Assembly: GCA_018368055.1 (NCBI GenBank)
Contig: JAGZFB010000001.1
Span: 22,426-86,425 of the forward strand
DNA from: Collinsella sp.
Lineage (GTDB): Bacteria; Actinomycetota; Coriobacteriia; Coriobacteriales; Coriobacteriaceae
DNA length: 64,000 nucleotides
Direction: 5' to 3'
The notes below the pieces were generated by a model. That model searched no databases, was not told where the DNA came from, and saw nothing but the letters and a program-made list of their open reading frames with translations. How positions within the stretch are numbered: position 1 is the stretch's first letter; the number at the start of each line of letters is the position of its first letter. This document shows, one piece after another, positions 56,901-64,000 of this stretch. Both the position numbers and the translations under genes were made by a program.

Positions 56901-58904
56901 TTAAACCAGGCGGGCGTTGATCGTCTTGGCGATCTCGGCGGCGTCGGTGGAACCCTTGACGGTGGCACGGAAGTCCTCGTCCATAAGCGCCTCGGCGACC
57001 TTGGACAGGATCTTGAGATGCGTGGTGCCAGCCTGAGCGCCCGGGATGAGCAGGGCGATGGCAACGTTGACGGGAGCGCCATCCATAGTGTCCCAACCGG
57101 TCACGCCAGAGTCGTCCTTGACGACGATGACGGCAGCCTCGGTGATGGCGTCGGACTTGGCATGCGGAATGGCGAAGCCCTCCATCATGCCCGTGGTGCC
57201 CTCGGCCTCGCGGGCCAGGAAGGCGTTCATCACGGCGTCGGCATCGCCGGCGATACCGGCCTTAACGGCCTGGTTGGAGACAAAGCTCAGAGCCTCGTCA
57301 CGAGAAGCGAAGTCCTCGGCGACAAAGACGTTCTCGACCTTCACGAAGTCGGAAGCCTCGGCCTTGGGGGCCTCGACAGCAGCGGCCTTAGGGGTCTCAG
57401 CCGGCTTGGCTGCAGGAGCGGGCTTCTGGTTCTTCTCGAAGTCGTACTTCTTGAAGGCCACGAACAGGATGCCACCGACCACGGCGCCGATGAGGATCGC
57501 GAGGACCCACTGCGGGCCGTTCTCGACAACGGGCAGGACCAGGAAGCCGCCGTGAGGCGCCGGATCGTGAACGTTGAAGAAGATGGTCAAGATGGAAGCG
57601 ATGGAAGAACCGACCATCATGATAGGCATGACGGGCCAGATGTTCTTGGTCATGAACGGAATGGCGCCCTCGGTGATGTGGGTGCAACCAAGGATAAGGT
57701 TGACGATACCGGCGTCATGATCCTCCTGGCTGAAGTACTTCTTGCCGACAACGACGGCGAAGGTGGTGATCAGCGGCGGAACGATGCAAGCGGCGGAGAC
57801 GGCAGCCATGAAGTTGGTGCCGAAGTTGTAGGTCTCGGTGCCGACGCCAGCTTCGAGAGCGGTGCCGAGCAGGAAGGTGCCAGTAGCGTAAGCAGCCTTG
57901 TTGACCGGGCCGCCCATATCAAAGGCGCACATGCAGCCGATGGCCAGGCCAAGGATCACCGGACCGGAGTTACCGAGGCTCTGCAGGAAATCCATCATGC
58001 CCTGGTTAATGGCAGCCATGGGGCCGGAAATACCGAGCATGACCAGGCCGACGATGGCGGTAGAGCAAAGCGGATACAGGAAGATTGCCTTCAGGCCATT
58101 AAGGCTCGCGGGAATTTTAGAGAAAACCTTCTCGAGCAGCAAAATGACATAGCCGGCGAGGAAGCCGCCGACGATGCCGCCCAGGAAGCCGAAGCCCACG
58201 CCGGCGCCACCGGCGTCGATCATGCCGGTCTCGGCGTTAACAGGCAGGCCCTGGATGGCAATCATACCGGCAACGAAACCGGGGACGAGCGCCGGGCGCT
58301 TGCCGATGGATTCGGCGATGTAGGCGGAAAGCACCGGAACCATAAGGTTCATGGCGATGCCGCCGATGATCTTGAGCATCGCAGCAAAGCTGTTGTAGTC
58401 GGCAGCCGTCGAATCAAAGGACGTGATGCCCCACAGGAACGAAATGGCGGTCAGAACACCACCGGCAACGACGAAGACCAGCATGTGGCTGACGCCGTTC
58501 ATGAGGTGCTTGTAGATGACGTGGCCGATGGACTCCTTCTCCTCGACCTCGTCCTCGACATCGGCGGCAGCGGCAACCGTGTCGTCGCCCTTGGCGGCGA
58601 GCGCGCGGTCGATCAGCTTACCAGCAGTCTCGACAGACAGGGCCTTGGAAACACCAACGGAAACCATGGGCTTACCGGCGAAACGCTCAGCCTGGACATC
58701 CTTATCGGCTGCGACGACGACGGCCTTGGCACCGGCGATCTCGCTCTTGGTGAGCTCGTTCTCGACACCGACCTGGCCATGAGTCTCGACCTTAATGGTC
58801 AGACCGCGCTCGGCAGCTGCCTTCTCCAGCGCCTCCTTCGCCATGAAGGTGTGCGCAATGCCGGTCGGGCAACCGGTCGCGGCGATGATGTCAAACTTAG
58901 CCAT
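56901..58904 (-). CDS. fruA: PTS fructose transporter subunit IIBCA
   Basis: N-terminal IIB (MAKFDIIAATGCPTGIAHT, Cys), central IIC polytopic domain, C-terminal IIA (mannitol/fructose type, His). Start at MAKFD. Confidence 0.85.
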   Translation of the reverse strand: MAKFDIIAATGCPTGIAHTFMAKEALEKAAAERGLTIKVETHGQVGVENELTKSEIAGAKAVVVAADKDVQAERFAGKPMVSVGVSKALSVETAGKLIDRALAAKGDDTVAAAADVEDEVEEKESIGHVIYKHLMNGVSHMLVFVVAGGVLTAISFLWGITSFDSTAADYNSFAAMLKIIGGIAMNLMVPVLSAYIAESIGKRPALVPGFVAGMIAIQGLPVNAETGMIDAGGAGVGFGFLGGIVGGFLAGYVILLLEKVFSKIPASLNGLKAIFLYPLCSTAIVGLVMLGISGPMAAINQGMMDFLQSLGNSGPVILGLAIGCMCAFDMGGPVNKAAYATGTFLLGTALEAGVGTETYNFGTNFMAAVSAACIVPPLITTFAVVVGKKYFSQEDHDAGIVNLILGCTHITEGAIPFMTKNIWPVMPIMMVGSSIASILTIFFNVHDPAPHGGFLVLPVVENGPQWVLAILIGAVVGGILFVAFKKYDFEKNQKPAPAAKPAETPKAAAVEAPKAEASDFVKVENVFVAEDFASRDEALSFVSNQAVKAGIAGDADAVMNAFLAREAEGTTGMMEGFAIPHAKSDAITEAAVIVVKDDSGVTGWDTMDGAPVNVAIALLIPGAQAGTTHLKILSKVAEALMDEDFRATVKGSTDAAEIAKTINARLV

Positions 58905-59175
58905 GTGTCCCTCCTTCTTGAGTACAGCGCCCGCGGGCGCTCCCCTACACGCGCTTCGATGCGCGTTTTTCCACAACTGAAAGATACCAACCTACCGTCC
59001 GCGTGAGAAGAGACAAGGCGCAATTCTCCGGTGAAAGGTTCTTTCATAACCGTAAACGGCAAGTGAAAGTTTACCATCAACACTTGAAACGGCAAGGTGT
59101 ATCTTGTAAATGAAACTACCCGTATACTATGGCATGAAAAACGAGTCCGATTTTCATGCCAACCAGGAGCCATCC

Positions 59176-60033
59176 ATGACCGATAGCAGCAAGAGCGCGC
59201 TCTCCCTTATTAGCACGCACAAAGGGTACAGCGATTCCGAGCAGCGCATTGTCGACTATATATTGGAGCACCAGTCCGAGGCGCCGCGTCTGACAGCCGC
59301 CCAGCTCTCACGAGCCGCTGCCACGTCCGAGGCGACCGTTTCGCGTTTCTGCCGCAAGCTGGGCTTTGGCAGCTTCCGCAGCTTTCAGTTTTCGTTGGCG
59401 CGCGACTTGGAGAGCCAGCGCAACGAGGGCCTGACAGACGAGGTCTCGCTCGACAACATGGAGCAGAGCCTTAAAAATATCCTCGCCGCCAAGGTGAGCG
59501 AGCTTAATGCGACCATCGACGGCATTGATCACGACACGTTGGCCGCTGTTGTGCACGCGCTTAAGAATGCCGGCGTTATTGAGTTCGCCGCCGTGGGCAA
59601 TACGAACGCAGTCGCGCTCGATGCGACATTTAAGTTTTCGCAGCTGGGCCTGCGCTGTATGGCGAGCACCATCAGCGAGACATCAATCGGCTTTGCGCTC
59701 ACGTTGCGCCCCGGCGACGTTATCGTGCTAATCTCGAACTCCGGCAAGTCGCGCCGTTTGAATCGCATGGCAAAAGCGGCTCGCGGCTGCGGCGCCACTG
59801 TAGTCGTCATCAGCAGCGACAGCAAATCTCCGCTTGCGCGCCTGGCCGACTACACCTTTAATACCGTCAATCACGAGGCACTGCTGACAACGGGCGACTT
59901 CGCGTTCTCCAAGATGAGCGCCACAATGATCATAGAGGTCATCTACAACTTCCTGCTGCCCGAAATCGAGGACGCCCGAGAGCACATCAGCTACTACGAG
60001 GAGCTCATCCAGCCGGATAAGGTCGTGGAGTAG
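59176..60033 (+). CDS. MurR/RpiR family transcriptional regulator (HTH + SIS domain)
   Basis: HTH_6 (LTAAQLSRAAATSEATVSRFCRKLGF) plus SIS domain. AGGAG RBS precedes MTDSSK. Divergent from the fructose PTS operon. Confidence 0.8.
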   Translation: MTDSSKSALSLISTHKGYSDSEQRIVDYILEHQSEAPRLTAAQLSRAAATSEATVSRFCRKLGFGSFRSFQFSLARDLESQRNEGLTDEVSLDNMEQSLKNILAAKVSELNATIDGIDHDTLAAVVHALKNAGVIEFAAVGNTNAVALDATFKFSQLGLRCMASTISETSIGFALTLRPGDVIVLISNSGKSRRLNRMAKAARGCGATVVVISSDSKSPLARLADYTFNTVNHEALLTTGDFAFSKMSATMIIEVIYNFLLPEIEDAREHISYYEELIQPDKVVE

Positions 60034-60066
60034 GTAAATTGGGGAGCCGATAGACGCCTCTCGCCA

Positions 60067-60219
60067 CGAAACCCGCCCCATCTACTACGTTTTATCCGTA
60101 TGGCCCAACCACATACCGAAAATAGAGAAAACCGCAGGCGTTCTACCTGCGGTTTTCTTTTTGCAATTCTTGGCGTGGTTGCCGATAGTCTATTAAACGT
60201 AGTAGATAGGCCGGTTTCG
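60067..60219. repeat. imperfect approx. 27-bp inverted repeat (cgaaacccgccccatctactacgtttta / taaacgtagtagataggccggtttcg) nested around the bidirectional terminator
   Basis: 12-bp perfect core aacgtagtagat / atctactacgtt plus flanking partial complementarity. Confidence 0.6.
60127..60164. terminator. bidirectional rho-independent terminator between convergent rpiR-like gene and recN
   Basis: gaaaaccgcagg-cgttctac-cctgcggttttc flanked by T-runs on both strands. Confidence 0.75.
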
Positions 60220-60255
60220 TAGCGATCGGGTCGGGCATGTATGTGGCGGCTCGGC

Positions 60256-61884
60256 CTAAGCACGCGCTTCTTCGAGCATCTGCTTTGCGTGGGCCAAGCT
60301 TGCCTCGGATTGATCGCCGCTCAGCATGCGGGCGATCTCGGCGGTACGGGCATCGCCGGTCACCTCGTCCAGGTGCGTTTGGGGAACATCGCCCGGCTCT
60401 TTACTGACCACGTAATGCTTGTCGGCCATGACCGCAACCTGCGCCAGGTGGGTTACGACAATGACCTGATGCGTGGCGGCAAGATCGGCCAGCACACCAG
60501 CAAGAGCACGAGCCGTAGAGCCGCCGACACCAGCATCGACCTCGTCGAACACCAGTGTATCCACGCCATCCGCGTTGCCGAGGACAACCTTGCTCGCCAG
60601 CATAACGCGGCTGAGCTCGCCACCCGACGCAATACGGCGCAGGGGACGCGGCGTCAATCCAGCGCCGCTGCGATACAAAAGCTCATAGCTCGAAGGGCCA
60701 GCAAGCGTCCACTCGGCGCGGGGAAGATCACGCGACTCCCAGACGAGTTCGGCGCCCCCCATTTCCAGACGCGCCATTTGGCGGCCAACCTCATGACAAA
60801 AACGCGGGGCCGCCGTATTGCGTGCACGTTTAAGCGCCTTGGCGGCGGCGAACAGTTCATGCTCCGCTGCGCCAAGCGCTTCACGCGCCTTCTTGATCTG
60901 CCCATCACCATCGTCTACCAGCGACAACAGCTCTTGTGAGCGATCGCGCATGGCAAACACGTCATCCATGGTAGGACCCCACTGACGCAGCAGGCCCTTG
61001 AGGTCTGAATATCGCTCGCGCATGCGAGCGAGCTCGCGAGGGTCAAACGCAACGCCATCGCGATAAGCACGCAGCTCGTTGGCACAATCCTCAAGTGAGA
61101 TGCAGGCATCCGAAAGTGCATCGGCGATGTCACCGAGCTTGCGGTCAACGGTCGCCATGCGTGAAAGCTCGGCAACGGCGCCATTCACGGCATCGAGCGC
61201 TCCCCCTTCGGCAGCAAGCGATGCATGGGCCTCGTTGGCCGTCGCAACCAAGACCTCGGCGTGCTCCGAGCGCGGCAGCAGCTCCTCGAGCTCCTCGTAC
61301 TCGCCTGGCTTGGGGTCGACCTCGGTGATACGCTCAAGAGCAAAACGCGCTTCCTCGACGCGACTTCCCTGCGCGCGTGAGGCTTCCTCCACACGGCGAA
61401 GCTCCTTGGCGGCGGCACGCGAAGCCTTAAAGCAGGTGCGATACTTCTCGAGCGCCTCAAGCGCCGCGCGCCCAGCCCAAGCATCGACCATGGCAACATG
61501 GTGCGCCGGGTCGAGCAGACGCTGATGTTCATGCTGGCCGCATAGATCCATCATCACGCCAACGCGCTCCGAAAGCTCGCGCACGCTGGCGATGCGGCCG
61601 TCAATTTTTACGCGGCTGCGGCCCTCGGCAGAAAGGCTGCGCTGTACGGTAAAACCCTCCGTGTCGTGCGGGCCGTCAAACAGGCGCGCCTCGACGCTGG
61701 CAAGCGCCTCGCCCTCGCGAACCGTCGACGAATCCGCGCGCTCGCCCAAAATGAGCTTGAGCGCCGAGAGCAGCGCGGTCTTGCCAGCACCGGTCTCGCC
61801 GGTCAGAACGGTCAAGCCGGTACTCGGAACCAACGTCGCCTCGCGAATGAGCGCGATGTTGGAAACCTGCAGCTCATCGATCAT
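60256..61884 (-). CDS. recN: DNA repair protein RecN
   Basis: MIDELQVSNIALI...LTGETGAGKTALLSAL Walker A, long coiled coil, C-terminal SMC-like signature. Confidence 0.9.
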   Translation of the reverse strand: MIDELQVSNIALIREATLVPSTGLTVLTGETGAGKTALLSALKLILGERADSSTVREGEALASVEARLFDGPHDTEGFTVQRSLSAEGRSRVKIDGRIASVRELSERVGVMMDLCGQHEHQRLLDPAHHVAMVDAWAGRAALEALEKYRTCFKASRAAAKELRRVEEASRAQGSRVEEARFALERITEVDPKPGEYEELEELLPRSEHAEVLVATANEAHASLAAEGGALDAVNGAVAELSRMATVDRKLGDIADALSDACISLEDCANELRAYRDGVAFDPRELARMRERYSDLKGLLRQWGPTMDDVFAMRDRSQELLSLVDDGDGQIKKAREALGAAEHELFAAAKALKRARNTAAPRFCHEVGRQMARLEMGGAELVWESRDLPRAEWTLAGPSSYELLYRSGAGLTPRPLRRIASGGELSRVMLASKVVLGNADGVDTLVFDEVDAGVGGSTARALAGVLADLAATHQVIVVTHLAQVAVMADKHYVVSKEPGDVPQTHLDEVTGDARTAEIARMLSGDQSEASLAHAKQMLEEARA

Positions 61885-62734
61885 GGCGCACTCCATAGAA
61901 CACGCGGCTCACCGAGTTATAGAAGCTCTCGGGGCCGTAATCCAGCAGCAGCACATCGCCGGGACCGCGACGAACAGCCACGCTCTCGACCGTGCCATCG
62001 CAGGTAATAAACTGTCCGTCGATAGCGATGGCAGGCACGCTCGGGCGATCATCGGACATAAAGATTTCGACGACATCACTCGGCGAGGTCAAGAAGGCGC
62101 GAGCCTGAATGGTATGCGGAGCAATCGGCACGCAAACCATGCCCGTGTAATCAGGGCTGACGATAGGGCCGCCGGCGGAGAGCGCATAGCCCGTAGAGCC
62201 GGTCGCCGTCGACACGACGACACCGTCACCGCGCAGGCGATCGATATGATGGCCGGACACCGTGATGTCAAACTCGACCATATCGGACAGGGGCCCGCGC
62301 GTGAGCGCCATATCGTTGAGAGCAAACGTGCGCACGACGTCCTTCGTGCCGTCATCGCGCACCGAGACGATATCCGCGGCGATGGTGGCGCGGCGGCTCA
62401 CGTGGAGCTCACCGGACAGGGCATCGCTCACAACCTGCAAAATATCGCGATCCTCGGGACTGGCCGCCGTCAAAAAGCCCAGGTGGCCATAGGAAAGACC
62501 CAAAATGGGAATCTCGCGGTAGTTGAGAATACGGGCGGCGCGCAGCAGTGTGCCGTCGCCGCCGAGCGTGATGACCAAGTCGGCATCGTCAACATCGGGC
62601 GTGCTCTGGATCTTGGAGCGCTGGTCGGCAGCCCATGCAACCTCGTAGCCCTGGCGCGTCAGCCAGAGCTCGAGCATCAGGCCGCTCTCGACCGCCTCTT
62701 GCTTGTAGTAATTGGGAACCAGAAAGACCTTCAT
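61874..62734 (-). CDS. nadK: NAD(+) kinase
   Basis: GGDGTLLRAARI and NDxxxT motifs; 286 aa. Confidence 0.88.
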   Translation of the reverse strand: MKVFLVPNYYKQEAVESGLMLELWLTRQGYEVAWAADQRSKIQSTPDVDDADLVITLGGDGTLLRAARILNYREIPILGLSYGHLGFLTAASPEDRDILQVVSDALSGELHVSRRATIAADIVSVRDDGTKDVVRTFALNDMALTRGPLSDMVEFDITVSGHHIDRLRGDGVVVSTATGSTGYALSAGGPIVSPDYTGMVCVPIAPHTIQARAFLTSPSDVVEIFMSDDRPSVPAIAIDGQFITCDGTVESVAVRRGPGDVLLLDYGPESFYNSVSRVFYGVRHDR

Positions 62735-63546
62735 AGCGTTGCCGCTTTCTCGCTCAAAGCCGATACCTGGGATTGCAACTCATCTTCGGCGCGCTCGCCG
62801 GGGGCAAACCTCGTGCCGTAAAGGAAAAACTCAACGTTGCCCTTAGCGCCATGGATTGGCGACACGCACACATCGAGCGGGAACAGGCCCTTGGCGGCAA
62901 AGAGCTCAATCGCCGCCACGAGTGTATCGCGGCGGACGGCAGGGTCGGTCACGATACCGCCCTCGCCCACCAGCGCAGCCGGCGCCTCAAACTGCGGCTT
63001 TACGAGCGTGCAAAACGAACCCGAAGGCTTCAGGCACGCCAGCACGGCGTCGATGATATTCGCGATACTCGTAAACGACACATCGCACACAGCCAGGTCA
63101 ATAGCAGCGCCGTAGCCGAGCTCGGGCAACTGCGTCACATTCGTGCGCTCGTGGAGCGTCACGCGATCGTCTTGGCGCAGCGACCAATCAAACTGGGCAC
63201 GGCCCACGTCGACCGAGACAACGGTCGCGGCGCCGCGCTTGAGCAGGCAATCAGTAAAGCCGCCCGTGGAGCATCCCACATCGAGGCAAGCAAGGTCCGT
63301 CGGATCGATCCCAAACGCATCGAGCGCGCCCTCGAGCTTAAGGCCGCCGCGCCCAACATACGGGATGCGCCCCTTAACGTGCAGTGGCAGGCCCGGCGTC
63401 ACCTTGAGCCCCGGAGAGGTCAAACGCTCACCGCCACTCGAAACCAAGCCGGCCATAAGAGTGCGAAGGGCATCCGCGCGATCGGCGCAGATGCCCCGTG
63501 AAATCAGTTCGTCATCGAGACGCACGCGTTTCATGAATGCCATCAA
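62731..63546 (-). CDS. tlyA: TlyA family rRNA (cytidine-2'-O)-methyltransferase
   Basis: N-terminal S4 domain (RLDDELISRGI) plus FtsJ-like MTase (GCSTGGFTDCLL). Confidence 0.85.
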   Translation of the reverse strand: MMAFMKRVRLDDELISRGICADRADALRTLMAGLVSSGGERLTSPGLKVTPGLPLHVKGRIPYVGRGGLKLEGALDAFGIDPTDLACLDVGCSTGGFTDCLLKRGAATVVSVDVGRAQFDWSLRQDDRVTLHERTNVTQLPELGYGAAIDLAVCDVSFTSIANIIDAVLACLKPSGSFCTLVKPQFEAPAALVGEGGIVTDPAVRRDTLVAAIELFAAKGLFPLDVCVSPIHGAKGNVEFFLYGTRFAPGERAEDELQSQVSALSEKAATL

Positions 63547-63809
63547 CCATTCGTATCCGGAGATGCAGCCTGTCTATCTTGGGACTCGTTTGCCGCATCC
63601 TCATCGTATTCCTGCTCGAGCTTGTCGGCCTCACGCGGCGTCAGCTCAAACTTGTCGACCATATCGACCGCTCGGGAGCCCAGCTCAATCGCCTCGTCAA
63701 ACAAATCGAGCGAACGCTCCAAGGACGTATCCTTGGAGCGAACGGTGGCGATGATCTGGTCCAGGCGATCCGAGATCTCATCGAAGTTGCGGACGGAACC
63801 CTCTGGCAT
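63543..63809 (-). CDS. xseB: exodeoxyribonuclease VII small subunit
   Basis: 88 aa helical protein FDEISDRLDQIIATVRSKDTSLERSLDLFDEAIELG typical of XseB. Confidence 0.85.
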   Translation of the reverse strand: MPEGSVRNFDEISDRLDQIIATVRSKDTSLERSLDLFDEAIELGSRAVDMVDKFELTPREADKLEQEYDEDAANESQDRQAASPDTNG

Positions 63810-63811
63810 GG

Positions 63812-64000
63812 CTACTCCTCGACGGAGTCGGCCTCGACGGCCCCAGCAGCGTCCGCATCCTCGTCAAGTACACCGGCGGCAGCCTGAGCAGCAGCGACCT
63901 TGGCGGCTGCCTCGGCAGCCTGTGCCTCCTCACGAGCACAGTCCTCGGCCAGCAGCTCCTGGTACAGGTCCTCGCCCGGCAGCTCCTCGCTGCGAGCGAT
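63812..64000 (-). CDS. xseA: exodeoxyribonuclease VII large subunit, C-terminal fragment (5' end outside window)
   Basis: Open minus-strand frame to the window edge, ending ...GAVEADSVEE* with the stop overlapping the xseB start. Identity is inferred from the conserved xseA-xseB gene order; the visible Ala/Glu-rich tail is itself uninformative. Confidence 0.45.
   Translation of the reverse strand: MARSEELPGEDLYQELLAEDCAREEAQAAEAAAKVAAAQAAAGVLDEDADAAGAVEADSVEE

Overview
A 64 kb high-GC (about 60-70%) chromosomal segment from a Gram-positive, Actinomycetota-like genome. Gene content (glgC/glgD pair, FmdB, fructose PTS with embedded ptsHI) suggests a Coriobacteriia-like organism, but that assignment is tentative. 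The window contains eight blocks, left to right.

1. Glycogen locus on the + strand: glgP (3' part), glgC, glgD, glgA with a roughly 310-aa Lys/Ala/Thr/Pro-rich C-terminal tail, and a fused GH13 amylase/pullulanase plus GH77 4-alpha-glucanotransferase. FmdB follows.
2. Conserved housekeeping block on the - strand: rsmB, fmt, def, priA, gltX.
3. metK, then a single-chain Fe-S L-serine dehydratase (+ strand).
4. An L,D-transpeptidase followed by a MacAB-like adaptor / ABC ATPase / FtsX-permease efflux set.
5. A 16 kb anaerobic-type cobalamin (cbi/cob) biosynthesis operon on the - strand, 17 genes, cbiF through cobK. It includes a CobU-like/CobC fusion and a small methylase-C-terminus-like remnant ORF. 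No intact cbiL is present.
6. A divergent operon behind a candidate cobalamin riboswitch. It encodes a lipoprotein-type, secreted CbiK-like chelatase, a small lipoprotein, a BtuF/FhuD-like binding protein whose N-terminal domain is homologous to that lipoprotein, a FecCD permease, and an ATPase with a roughly 150-aa C-terminal extension.
7. TetR, a flippase-like membrane protein, two tandem tRNA-Glu(CUC) genes and the CCA-adding enzyme.
8. A fructose PTS operon on the - strand (fruA(IIBCA)-ptsH-ptsI-fruK-fruK) with a divergent RpiR regulator, then recN, nadK, tlyA, xseB and the 3' end of xseA.

The most unusual non-coding content is a set of long, perfect or near-perfect intergenic palindromes. 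These include two copies of an approximately 70-nt module with conserved flanks and three compensatory base-pair changes in a central hairpin (18.8 kb and 56.5 kb, both sense to local transcription), and two copies of a small element with 23-bp terminal inverted repeats (26.0 kb and 56.7 kb). No CRISPR array, rRNA, intact transposase or phage genes were seen.
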